Origin: Botryllus schlosseri
Taxonomy: Eukaryota
Direction: 5' to 3'
DNA: 64,000 nucleotides
NCBI GenBank assembly: GCA_051294905.1
Contig: CM119371.1
Location: forward strand, 124,001 to 188,000
Part shown: piece by piece, positions 51,529-64,000 of the stretch
Layout: each line of letters begins with the position of its first letter
Position numbering within the stretch: the stretch's first letter is position 1
The notes under the pieces: generated by a model
What the model was told of the DNA's origin: nothing
Database searches by the model: none
What the model saw: the letters and a program-made list of their open reading frames with translations, nothing else
Translations under genes and position numbers: made by a program

Positions 51529-52649
51529 TAAATTCTTTACTGCAATGAATGTAGTTGTGAAAGCAATACTCAAGTTTAGTACCGCCAACCATATTTTCAA
51601 AAAATGATTATATTGGTATTATCTGTCGATTCTCATTAATGACAAGATCTTGATCCAGCCTTCAAAGCAATATGTCGTCGAAAGCGAACTACGGTTAGAT
51701 ATTGATTGCCTGCATGACCGCAATTTGATTTGTCAAATATACAAACTTCACATCGAACTCGATTTAGATTATTGATCGTTTGCTATAGACTAGACGTATT
51801 TTGCGTATAATTTCAAAATTTGGCGAATCTCTCGCGGCACCCATGCGAGACATGAATGACACAAAAGTGTGCCGTAGCACTCCGGTTGTACACCACTGCC
51901 CTAGTCGTTCGTTTACTCTTTCAATCCAAACAACTAGGTCGTCTAAATTCATCTGTTGCAATTGTTATGCGACGTGGGCCTGCATTCTGGATCATAAATT
52001 CGCTGCTGTGTACGACGTTATTAGTTCCTGCACATTCAGAAAACAATCTGGCAACCAGGTTTTGGGATGATCTTCCCCTAATAGCTGGGCTGTAATGACA
52101 GAGTCATTTTTCGACTCGAGTCACGATCAAGCAAATGTGCGGTCTACTAGCGTCATATATTGCGCACAATTTTCCATTTTTTGCCACCCAGCAATTAAAT
52201 TACCGGTAAGTCAATCGTCATACACGCGATCGTTGATTGACTCTGGATTAGATTTTTTGAGATAGCAGCGGATGTCTATGCTAATCAAGTATTTAGAGAA
52301 TCTAAACTTCGAGGTACGGCATTACCTTCAGCCATCGCTTTCGGTCCGTGATATTGATGATAATACTCCTGATATAGGCTATTCATATACCACGTATGTT
52401 CATTGAGCAGGTTGCTACTATATCGCTCCCATCGAATATGATTTTGAAAATTGCTATCTTTCCCGCAATAGGCCTAAGCGACGTGAAATGATGACACCGA
52501 AGCGATTGCCACGAACAGTGCATCGCCGCGAAAAGATATGAATATTGCACCATATCTGAAGAGGATAGACTTCACAATGACATGAATTCCAGTTTAACAT
52601 ATAATATAGTTTTCCTGCGAAAGGAATCATTTGAAAAAGTATGACTCAC

Positions 52650-52963
52650 TTGTATTCTATTTTCCAGACACCTTGCAATGATGCCCAGCAGCTCGTCGTC
52701 GATACTGCAGCTGTTTAAATTCAAAGAACCAAGGCTTTGATTCCTTGCTACAAGCGATCCAACGATGTGAGCTTGATCGCGATTCAATGAGACCCAAGAT
52801 GCGTCGATGACGGAAAGATCTTTCATAAAACTGTCGTCGCCCGATTCGTAGATTGATGTATATAGTTCCATGCGAACGTCTCCGGAGAATACTCCAGTCT
52901 TCTTCTGTAGTCGCGAGCGGATCGACCGAGCAAGATTTTGTCGCTTCTGTGTTTGATCCGAGA
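52650..52963 (-). CDS. Exon following the NACHT exon, containing the first LRR
   Basis: Acceptor TTGACAG is phase-compatible with the upstream exon (G|TC = Val); donor GTGAGT. Reads LVARNQSLGSLNLNSCSIDDELLGIIARCLE. Confidence 0.8.
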
Positions 52964-53576
52964 CTGTCAAGCAATGCACAATGTCGTTGTATTCTTAATT
53001 ATTCTTGCTTTACCGTTTACTTAACAATTGAATAATTCACGCGACTGTGAGCCAGGGTTCAGATAGAGTCATTGAACTCTAATGTCTAGTTCACAATAAC
53101 AAGAGCATTTCATGCGCATCAATATCGCATGTTCGACTAAGATCGGCTCCAGAATTCATACCTAAGTGTTGGGGGTTTATTTAGGCTCACCCTCCAGAAG
53201 CTGTATCTTTCAAAAAGCTTAGAAGTAGGCCCTGCTACAAGTCGGCGGATGCGAAATCAAAAATGCAAAAAATCGGCCTGGTGTAAATGACACCTTTAGT
53301 CGACAGACACCATAAATACCCAAAACAAACTATGTCACATATAGTGATTATCGATAGACCCTGGTAGCGCCCACGTCCAATAATCTGCGAACTTATGAAG
53401 ATTTTGGATGTATAAGTTTTATTTGACGACTGAATGTAAATACTTTTTTACCAGCCGTGTATGAATTTAAGATCTTTCGACTATTTCACCCCTTCCATTG
53501 TGACAATACCATAAGCGACCCATAATAATCAATCTGTGCTACGGCTGAATAGCCGCGGAAAACCATGATTACTCAC

Positions 53577-55016
53577 CGCTGTGAAGATCGCTAGTAGATT
53601 TCATGTAAACGATGCCTGTAACGAATCTTCGAACTACGGACCATCGTTTCTCATGTAGATGTTGGCCATCAAAGCGAGAGAACATTTCGAGCTCCATTTC
53701 CGAGATAAAACTAGCCGCCAGAAATTCTTGCATGCTTTGATGACAGAAGAAGAATGTGAAGTCGCCTTCCATCAAGTGACGGCTGAGGATGTTGTTGCCA
53801 GGCACTTTCGTCATCAAATCCTGCACTTCGTCAGCGGATATTTCAAACCGATCCAAATCTGCTTTGTAGAACACGACTCGTCCCTCTTTCATGCCTTCAA
53901 ACGCCATTGCCTTCAATTTGTTGATAATCGAGAGGATTTGCTTACGGTTCCGGATGTTTTCCACACTCCTTAAGACTAACAGGACCCTGCTGTACAGTTC
54001 TGTCACGGTAGACGGAGGAGGTCTATCTGGATCAATTGCCATCACCACTGCTATCAAAATCAGGAAAACCGGGACCGATACTAGTTGTAATAATCGTGGT
54101 GACATGATTTCAATCTTCTCCCAGAGATGCTTCCCGTTGTCACAGAGAAGACACGTGAACAGTTTATAAGCATCTTGTGGAGTGAGACCATTGAGTGTGA
54201 TTATTTCTTCAGGGCGTGCTTCCGCCGGTAATTCGGATACTTTGAATTCACGTGATGAGACGATGATCTTGACGTGACGAAGGATGTTGCGGGATAAGAT
54301 ATTGTACATGATGGTCGCAGAGTTCGCTTCCTGATACGGTTTTATATTTCGAAGGCTACACTCCTCAAAATCCCACTTCATTTGATCAAGCCCGTCAAAA
54401 ATGATAACTGCATCACTTTGATTCTCGACCAGCCATTCGAAAGCTTCATCTTCTTCAGATGTATTTTTGAAGAGGCCGTCGAATAGAAACTTGGAGGGTT
54501 TGATTCCGTTCACTTCTACCATGTTCTTCAATTCAATGTAATGTATAATTATTCGTTTGTGTTCATCCTTTTCATTCACAGAGTAAGTTCTAAGGGCTCT
54601 TCGAGCAATTCTACGCATAAGAGTAGTTTTTCCCGATCCTGCAGAGGCAACGATAGCAGTGTAACCAACTTTACCGTCTGGAGGTAATTTCTCAGAGTTC
54701 AACATCGATCTCATTATCTCTTCCATTGTTATCAGTTTCCCATCTTGGTCGGATCGATTGTAAAACCCGAATTCCTCTGTCAACTGACTTTGAAAATATT
54801 CTCTTTTAGATCCAAGAACAGTTTCGTCAGTTGAAGAACTTTTTTCGGGTAAACGGCCTTTGTAGTAGTCATCGACATCGACTTTCTTCATCTGCGGGAA
54901 AACCTCGAAGTCAGGCTCGTGAAAAAATTCATTCTTGAAGTCTTCACGAATTCCACTTGCCGCTTCTTGGCGAGTATTGTCGTTTATGAGCTCTATCAAT
55001 TTCTTGTAATTAAAGC
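53577..55016 (-). CDS. NACHT NTPase exon (1,440 bp) of an NLR-like protein
   Basis: Walker A IVASAGSGKTT, Walker B IIFDGLDQ, sensor IIVSSR, VPVFL, winged-helix FCHQSMQEFLAA. Acceptor CTTTTCTGCAG, donor GTGAGT. Confidence 0.92.
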
Positions 55017-56023
55017 CTGCAGAAAAGAGAGCTGAAATTAGCAAATATATCAAAACTGCCTGTAACTGCAGAAATTTCAGGCCTAATCTGGGTACACGAC
55101 GTAGCACTGTCAGCTGTCTTCGCTCCGGTTGAAACTCAAACGTACGCGTCTTCTTGGGTCAAGTACGGTTTTTAATGATCCAAATTCCCAGCGATTATAC
55201 AACTGGCATCATCAAGAAAAGTACGCAATGCATGAATAATTTCCCAAAAAGAGTCAAACAGCATAGCGATAAACCCCTGCCCCTAAAACAATTCAAATAA
55301 CACCCCCCTAGGTCTGCAAACTTGAGCCAAGGAATTGCGGAAAAAATCATTCTTGGGGACTGTAACAAATTCAATGGCCTGAATAAGGTGAGCCAATGAA
55401 AATGTAATTTTCGGCGGTCTCGCATTGGCGTCCGTGAAATGGAATCTCGAATTTAAACGACACAATTACTTGAGTGATCTATTCACATATTGTTACTACA
55501 CGGTCGTGCTTGGCAGGGGTAATTGAACTTCTTATACGTGTAAGCCATTGTGTCACAGATAACACAGTGACATGCAGCTAACGCATTATATAGCTCTTTG
55601 GCATGCAAAAAGAGAATAGAACCATACTAGAAATAATTTGAAGCATGTTTTCAAATCATTCCTTTACATTTTGACGCAATATTTGATAAAAAATTGCAGT
55701 AAAAAGAAAAATAGTGAAAAGTTGCAAAAAGTTGCACTATAAAATCCCTCCAAGCAGCTTGAAACATCACTGTACATACATTCTGAGATCTAGGAAGCTG
55801 TAAAAGAGTTGCACAAACTTACCCTACTGGTTACCTTTGGTCTGGTCTTTAGAGCGGCCAAAAAAGATATGTGTAACTCCTTAATTGGGAAATGAATGCA
55901 AAAAGTTTGGGAACCCCTGACCTACAGAAGATATGAAGGTCATAGCAAAAATACATTATTATTGCTGATCAATATGTTGCCAGCACCAATTCCAGTAAAG
56001 ATATGGTGATTATGGGTACGAAG

Positions 56024-57002
56024 CAGTGTTGGGATCAAGTCACTACCTTCGAGTCACGAGTCATTTCGAGTCATTGCACATTTTGACTCGAGTCAAGTCA
56101 AGTCAATCGATTTTCGAAGGTGACTCGAGTCAAGTCAAGTCACTCGATTTTTGGAGGTGACTCGAGTCAAGTCGAGTCAAGTCAAGTCAAGTCACGAGTC
56201 AAGTCACATTTCAAGTCAAGTTCGATTTTCGGAGTATGAAGTATGATTACATCATTGCATTTTGTAAGCTGTCTGAATCACAGATTGAGTGGTCAGGTAA
56301 TTGATTCTGCTCCGATGAACGAATGTAGAGTTAAATATACACGAAATATGGCACTGTATCGCTCACATAAACGTAGAACTGTTGAACTACCTAAGTAATT
56401 GCATATACTCAGTTTATAGTTGCCAGCCTTAATAGCCAATAGAGAAACGAATTGATAAGATGCAATGCATTACCCATTTTTACATATTGATATGATACAC
56501 TTCGAATCTGCGGCAGTGGTTAAGGAGTGTATAAACTATATTCGATTCCAATTTCGATAAAACAAGAGGTTTGGGTAAGGTAAGAACGGAGAACAGAAAT
56601 ATAAATTTTCTATTAAATCACTTTACTACTAGTTTTCGACAAAGTAAGCTGTAAGCTTTGATCAATTCGTTTGTGGTCAATTTATTTGTGAGAGAACAAT
56701 GGAGGCTCAGTAAAACGCACGATTATTGAATGATGGGTCTCTCTCACGGGTTGCATCAGTGTTTCGCGAACAATCCGAACATATGCAAGATACAGTGATT
56801 TCCATCGACATTGATTACTTGATGACTTGAAATTGACTCGTGAATTTTGCACCGAGTCACGAGTCAATCCATATTTCTGATACGCCGAGTCAAGTCAAGT
56901 CAAGTCATTTTAGCGAAGTGACTCGAGTCAAGTCAAGTCATACGAAAAAAGTGACTCGAGTCTGACTCGAGTCAAGTCATGACTCGAGTCATCCCAACAC
57001 TG
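56024..57002. mobile_element. hAT-type MITE (979 bp) with (A/G)AGTC pentamer arrays
   Basis: 12-bp TIR CAGTGTTGGGAT/ATCCCAACACTG; perfect 8-bp TSD GTACGAAG. Confidence 0.92.
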
Positions 57003-58619
57003 GTACGAAGTAATATTCATAGCCCGATTTCGTTAGAGCTTTTGGTCATATTGATTGTTACTGGGTGATTCTATATCAAATCAACCATTTAGTAGTCTCC
57101 CAATCATGAAGTTCAATTACTTTAATATTGAATGCTTGAGATGGTGCTGGTCATAAAACAGCCCAGCAAACACAAAACCGTAAAAGGATCATCCGGGATC
57201 ATCTCGATTAGGTTCTGATTTTCTAAGTGTCGAGGGAATGTCTAAAATACGTAGTAGGATGGTCTTGTGGTTATATTCAATCAGAATAAATTCATACTCG
57301 GTGTTGTTCCATCTCATGCATTAGGCTTCGTTATATCCGGTAGTTAACCTAATAATGCAAATTTTCTATCTCTCGCGGGTACGACTAAAATACGTAGAAA
57401 GGATGACTTTGTCGGTACATTCAATCACGATGAATTCTATCCGGTTTTGTTCGATCTCATGCGGTAGCTTCGTTCTATCCATTAGAAAACAATGTTCTCC
57501 CTTCGTTTTATTGCGTGAGGATGTCACCGGTGTTGTATATTCGTGTTGTTGCTCTAAGGTCGAATAGTTTTGTTTTCCTCTGATATATATGATCTTCATT
57601 ATATATATATTCGCTCTTTCGGTAATCTCGCATGTTCAACGAGTATGGTTAATAGTTTTATTCAGAGAATAACTAAATAAGTGATATGTTGTACGTTTAG
57701 GAATATGATTATCGATGCGTGACTTCTAGAATATTTCTGCGATTCAAATTTTACGTCATCGCGCCATACAAAGATTTGAAGCGCAACAGGTCGCAGCCAG
57801 GCATAGTTCGCTCTTTCTGTATGGTAAATGCCGTAAATATATAGGAATTGTGACTGACTGAGGTAGCGGGTTAAAGGTATATATGCAGTAGCATATAGCT
57901 TATGGGGTATTTCGAATTGCCTGTAGTATATGACGCCTAGAGCTGTTTGACTTTCTGCAAAACAGGTGTAGACAACTATAGAAAAGTTTCAGCTTTTCCA
58001 GGTTAGAATTAGAGCTAAACCGTTTTTCCGAATTAGATTACAATTATATTGCTGGCATTTCGCTCTAATTTAGTGAAATTAGACCACTATAATTCGCTTC
58101 AAACATCTGAATTACCGGTACCTATACCTACGGTATATCATAATATTTATGCTTGAATTTTCAAGGTATATAAGTCATATAGATACATTCCTGTAAAACA
58201 CTGATTCATGATTTTATAGAATTGGTGCAAGAATGGAAATTTTCAACTTGATGTTGATTAATGGAGCAAAATTTGATATTTGAGTGCAATTATACCTCGA
58301 ATCCAGTGACAAGATTATTAATCGTTGAAACCAAACGCAGCTTGATTATGTTGGCCAGAGAATTTGGCTAGCCAGACCATATTGATGGAATATGGTCACA
58401 GTGAGATAATATTTTGGGCTATTTTACATGAACTTTCCAACATTTGATTTGATATGTCCACTAAAACAGTTGTTATTCTGCTTTCGAATAAGACCTTAAT
58501 TGCTGGTTTCAATGGTAACTGTGTTTGTCAAAGGCTGCAAAGGTAATTTCTTTTCCTTGTTAGATGTTTATTTGTTTGTTTGTGGTGTTCATGGTGGTGG
58601 TTCGACTACACTGGTCATT

Positions 58620-59740
58620 TTACACCAGGCCGGTTCTTATTATTATTATTCCGTATCTGCCCGATTACCAGTGAACTCGGCACTTGGTGAATTCGGCCGC
58701 ACAAACTCGGCACTTGGTGAATTCGGCCGTGGTAGATCTCGTAGCGGTACCGGTCACCATGATTGGTTACTGGAATGTTTGCCGGTGAACTTGGCACTTT
58801 GAGTGGTTGTCAATGTTGTACGGCGGTCAGGGCATGCGTAGATCACACAGTCACGGCGTGATTAGATCACAGATTGCGTAATTGCGGGAAATAACGCGAC
58901 GCTCTTCACTTGGTGAACTCGGCCCTTGGAGGAATTGGCACTAGAACACCTTCGCATTAGAAATGCATTTAGTATGAATGAACAGTATCAAAAAGGAAAT
59001 TTAAACGTGTCGTGGCTCGTGGTAGATCTCGTAATCTTGGGATCCTTCAACCGTGTTATCGATACACCCTAATCCCAGAGTGGAATCGTCTCTCCAAAGG
59101 CAAAAAATAATTTATTTTGACGTGATCATGCGAAACATTTGTTGATGAGGAACACTGGCTTGTCGTGATCGATAAACGAAGAAGCGCCGCTTGATGTTCC
59201 ACAGTTTTGATCTCACATACAACGCCAAGATCCATCTTCTCAAAACTTACACGACACAGGCCCGTGACTCACGCCATCGATTCCAAGCAGACCGCGCGTG
59301 ATCGGTATATGAGCGCTGTGTTATTTCCCGTGGCTACGCAATCCGTGATCTAATCACGCCGTGACTGCGCGATCTACGGATGCCCTGAACTCCTTACAAG
59401 ATTGACGAATCACTTGATAATACTATTATTAGTTTGATAATTCATATTAATAGCTGTAAATACACTTCATTTCAAAATTTCCCGAGGGCCGAATTCACCA
59501 AGTGCCGAGTTTGTGGGGCCGAATTCACCAAGTGCTGGGTGCATCGGCAACCATCTGCCCACTTACAGCACGGCCCACTCCTAGGCTTTTTAAGACATGG
59601 CTATGCGAATCAGATGGCGAGGAGGAGCCTAGATAAACGGCCAACATTCGGTAGGAATTATGGAGTCGACGTGTCACGCTCGAACCCGCAATTCATTGGT
59701 GTTTAGCTATAATGGAACGCACCACTACGTTTCCTCGCCA
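58620..59740 (-). mobile_element. Probable tRNA-derived SINE interrupted by a DNA transposon
   Basis: Minus-strand head GGCGAGGAAACGTAGTGGT (A-box-like) and GCGGGTTCGAGC (B-box-like) at 59740-59675; (AAT)n tract near 58638-58650 on the far side of the insertion. Confidence 0.45.
58663..59552. mobile_element. Non-autonomous TIR element with tandem subterminal motifs (MULE- or Merlin-like)
   Basis: Tandem CTCGGCACTTGGTGAATTCGGCC mirrored at both ends, plus inner inverted blocks; 8-bp TSD ATCTGCCC (58655-58662 and 59553-59560). Confidence 0.75.
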
Positions 59741-60181
59741 TACCTTGTAAAATGAGACCGTAGCATTTGGCATTTCGTGTGGCAATTGACTTTTGTGTGG
59801 AAAATTGTGTTCGTTTTAGAACTTATCCGAAACTTTTATTCCGCCATAGATTGTATATGATAAAACAATATCGGAATTGATCCTAGAAGAATTCCAAAGC
59901 AACTCACCACAAAGGAGGATTTAAAGAAGTTTGATGGAAAATTGAATGAAAGCAAAAGCCTTTGCAAGAGATGTGGTATGTTGAATCTGTTTTGGTATTT
60001 TTAAATAGGCCTACTTTGTTGTGCCGATAGCAGACAGTATATATAAACGTAAGATGTGGAAGCTATCAAGGTGTTTTTAGAAATTCAGTCAGTCAAGTGG
60101 ACGATCGTATTGCTTGGATTATATTTAGGCTTATTTTAGCATCTTTGAGATGCAACTCTAAACGTGGACGGTCATGAACAG

Positions 60182-60847
60182 TAGGGCTCTTCAAAAATGA
60201 CTTTTTTTCTCAAATCGTACTGGCTACTTGATAAAATTGTTAGGTTACCTAATTTAAGCCTACAAACAAAATATGGTTCAAATCCAGCCAGTATCCGCTT
60301 TGCTACAAGAGAAGAAAGTTCCTATTTATTATATAAAAATGAATAATAAAAAATTTGAAGATTTTCTGTTAACCCCATGAAAGTGTTGGGCTGTCTATAG
60401 AAACGATGCTCACCAAATTTGGTTCAATTCCAACCAGTGGAAGCGGAGTTATTGCTGTCGAAAAATTTGGATTTTAATAAAATAGTACTTACGGTGAGCA
60501 CAACTTTAATAAGTAAACAAAGAATAGGTCACCGTAAATACTATTTTATTCAAATCCAAATTTTTCGACGGCAATATCTCCGCTTCCACTGGTTGGAATT
60601 GAACCAAATTTGGTGAGCATCGTTTCTATAGACAGCCTAACACTTTCATGGGGTGAACAGAAAATTTTCAAATTTTTATTACCTATTTATTTTTATATAA
60701 TAAATAGAAACTTTCTTCTCCTGTAGCAAAGCGGTTACTGGCTGGAATTGAACCAAATTTTGTGTTTAGGCTTAAATTAGGTAACCTAACAATATTATCA
60801 AGTAGCCAAAACGATTTGAGAAAAAAAGTCATATTTTAAGAGCCCTA
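60182..60847. mobile_element. Near-perfect 666-bp foldback MITE with hAT-like TAGGG ends
   Basis: TAGGGCTCTT...AAGAGCCCTA; arms pair almost to the centre (~60515); TSD eroded (ATGAACAG/ATGTCCAT). Confidence 0.85.
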
Positions 60848-63800
60848 ATGTCCATGTGAGAGAAACGTTTTAGGGTAGGCCTACTCATATGTCTCGCAGC
60901 GTTCTCTACATAATTGTCAATTGCGATACAAACTGTTTGCTTGTATTGGTGAAGCCATCCAACTTCGAATTGTAAAATGTTGGGAGTCTTGATATCAAAT
61001 TTTTGAAAGGTGCACTTTGAGAAGATTTCGGAATCTGTCAAATTATACAAAAATTTAGCAAATTCTTTGACATATTTCATCTATTTGGGACTCGATCAAC
61101 GTAAAAGAATTGGTAATCATTTTATACAATGTATTGTATTTGTAGTTGAAGTATAGTAATAATTCTTATGGTTACCGCACTTGTAACGATTCACGGCCAT
61201 AACTGGAATAATTAGAATGATGTAACTTTCAAATTGTCATGCATTTTGCAACCACATTGTTCTCAATTTTCAAGGTGCTGACCATTCGTGGAAGAATCAC
61301 CCACCGGGAATTCACGATCCGTAAACGCGGCCGACTGTTTCTCTCCTCAAGCGGAAGCGACAGAGAAGAGGAACGAAGAGAAAAAAGGAGCAGAAATAGC
61401 AAGAGTGTGACAAGTCGCGTCCGTTCGCTTTAATGCGTATTTCCATCCGCGAAGTAGTAGGTGGGAAAACTAATGGGCGTTTGGTTAGGGCTTATATAAG
61501 GTTGACTCCAGCGCTGTATTTGCTTAATGTTGCTATGAAATAGGGGTGGTGTCATTTGGTATCAATATTGACTATTGAAAGACCATTTGTTAGTGGTCAT
61601 GGATTTGTTCGGCCAGTATGCAGTAATTTCTGATGGTCACTTCCCGGGCTTCTGTTCTCTAACCCCTCATGATTGTTATTCTGCTTCTAGTAAGACTGTC
61701 GATTCTAATGTTTAATCGTATCATTTGTCGGAGGTTTCGCTCGCTTTATTTACAACGTTTTGCTCTCTGCTAGGTCAATTACTGGCTGAGTATCACTACA
61801 GCCTAAGAAACTGCACTAATTCTCATTTTAATGTCTTGCTGGTTATCTTGCTGTCAATTCTAATAATTTATTAATGTCTATACCAGTGCCGCCACTCAAA
61901 TGTTTTGTTCTCTGTACACAATATTGTTAGGTCTTCAGCTTTCCAGGCAGAGTATCATTCCACTTTCTAGACTTGAGTATATATCTCTCCAACTAGCTGC
62001 CAAATAACTGATTCATTTGGATTGTTGAATTGATCATTTTGGACAGAATGTGAAGAAATTTTAGTCAAGAATTCTTTTTGTGTTAGTGGCTGTTTTTAAA
62101 GAGTGCTGAAGTAGTCATCGTTGATCTTGATAATCAAGTAGCAGTGACGATTGAAGTCAGTTCTCTAGTCATATAATTTTAAAAAATATAATAATAAAAC
62201 TTGAAAACTTGAGTGGAAATAGTTCAGAATCGAATCCATTTTAGTAAGTATGGGCGAAAAAAATGTAGGAGTCATTCGTTAGTCGCTACCTCTGCCATTT
62301 TCGCAGTACGAATGTCTTAGCTATTAATCATCATTTTCATTTTATTTCTGCAGGGTGTTGAGAAAAAAGGCCGCATGCTGGTTATTTAACTGGCTCATCA
62401 GAAGATGAAACCTGATGATAAGGACTGTTTTCACTTTCTTTCTAAAGACATTCGTTCGTTTGTTCGTTTTATTTTTTACAACGGCATTATTGCCAATTCG
62501 TTTGAAATTAAATTATCACAAATGTGATTAATATGTAGTAAATAATGTGGTGTGTGTACGCAGCCGTGATCAGGTTAAGCCCATAGTGGTAGAAAACAGG
62601 TTATTATATCAGGATCTTCTTCTTCTAACGTAGGATCTACATTCTACTCACCATGTTTAAAGGCTGTAGCATCTGCATAATATTTACATTATTGAAGGAC
62701 ATGGAAAAGACGTTGAATTGAGTCGACACAAAATCCCCCTTTCTACGACCTGCCGAGATCTAATATCTACTATATCGGCTCGGCTTTTCTACATCTTTGG
62801 TCTGTACTGTGTTTGCTGGGAGCTTAGTCAGATCACCTCGTCTAAAGATACAATGGATGAACCTCTTGAACCGGACAATAAAATGAGCTCAAGGGTAGAA
62901 CCTGCTTAGAATACAACAATTCTCAAAAACAAGTCAACAACGTTAAATCCGAATCTTGTTGGTGTAATTCTGTCTACAGAAATATTGCATACCGGTGCGC
63001 TAGTTTCAAGAAAAACAAATTGTCTACTTTTGCCTACGATACATAACTGTCGCAACTTTAAAATTCCAATACATATTTAATGATATCTCATTTGCTTAGC
63101 ATTCAGTGTTACCATTTATAGCTTTCATGTGACACGGTTAATGAAAATTTGAAAGTTGACAAAAATAGGAAGGATACTCCTGTGATTTCCATGAGCAATG
63201 ACTTCAAACATGAGTTACATGCTCGTTCCGGAACACAAATAACACTAATAACTTGAAAGATATGTCTATGATATATGTTTATTCACGGGTCTCCATCGAG
63301 TTCCGCGTCTCAATTAGTTTTTTTGGATGTGGCAGTTACGTCTTACATACCACTACTCGAAGTGCTATACTGTGACGCGTGCTATTCTCTCCTTATAGAG
63401 AGTGTCGCAGAGTCCAAAAGGTTGAGAACTATACTGATATAAAAGTCCGGTTGTTAAAATTATTCGCACCAGTCATTGTCCTCAATTAGGCTACTCGACT
63501 GCGAATTCTTAGAAATTACTGCTATTGGCATATTTTCGATTTAGGGCCTGCGATGTTACTTCCCAATCTAATGCTGGCTTGGCGTTTGAACTTTATTTCT
63601 CTGTCGCTCTCTCCTGACCAACCTCACTACTCCGCAAAAACATTTCTGTTGCTACGTGGCTGTTACTGAAAAAAGCTATACCGACCCGGTCGAAGACTAG
63701 TCTCTGTAAGTGGTAAGTGGAACAGCGTTTCTATCGAATATTTTTCCAAGGAAACAGGGGAAACGGGAGTTTTTACTGTTGTTGTTACCGTCACGGTAGC

Positions 63801-64000
63801 TCGAGTTATTGCATTATGACGTAACGCTCTTCACAAAGAGTTTAACGTTAGGTCACGAGAGAGTGATGCGGCGACCATTCATTGCGTATAAAAAATAAAT
63901 ATAGTGATTGTGGGAAGGAGTGACGACTGAATTCAAATGCCCGATTGATATTCATCCGCGATAGATTTTGGTGTTGAGATGAGAATGATTAGAATTAGGA

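Larger units (their letters stand above)
46403..51599. mobile_element. Penelope-like retroelement with two head-to-head partial copies
   Basis: Minus copy 46403-49793 (1,391 bp after removing the nested insertion plus one TSD) mirrors plus-strand 50175-51568 (1,394 bp). Tail 51569-51599. Candidate TSD AAAAATGATTAT at 46394-46405 and 51600-51611. Confidence 0.9.

Noticed and set aside
55017..55107. Signal-peptide-like hydrophobic N-terminus of the 512-aa NACHT ORF
   Set aside because: It lies upstream of a strong splice acceptor, so it is most likely translated polypyrimidine tract.

Overview
AT-rich eukaryotic (animal) genomic DNA with spliceosomal GT-AG introns; a marine invertebrate such as a tunicate is my guess and cannot be proven from the window. 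The dominant object is a 14,741-bp Polinton/Maverick-derived element (20232-34972) with AGTAGT...ACTACT ends and a perfect 6-bp TSD (CTTGTT). Almost all of it is one giant inverted repeat: two near-identical ~6.9-kb arms around a 955-bp spacer, with no intact gene. It looks like a snap-back or defective Polinton genome that was integrated in trans. A diverged relative occupies 1-5104 and still carries a recognisable, inactivated adenovirus-type protease. Two Penelope-like retroelements (10385-11438 and 46403-51599) each form a head-to-head inverted structure with a TSD and a ~31-nt tail. Each carries a minimal hammerhead ribozyme with a 6-bp pseudoknot, one with a variant U3-A8 core. A minus-strand NACHT-LRR (NLR-like) host gene spans at least 35409-55016. 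Many hAT-type MITEs, foldback elements and a probable tRNA-derived SINE fill the rest. Identity values are by-eye estimates; no alignment or database search was run.
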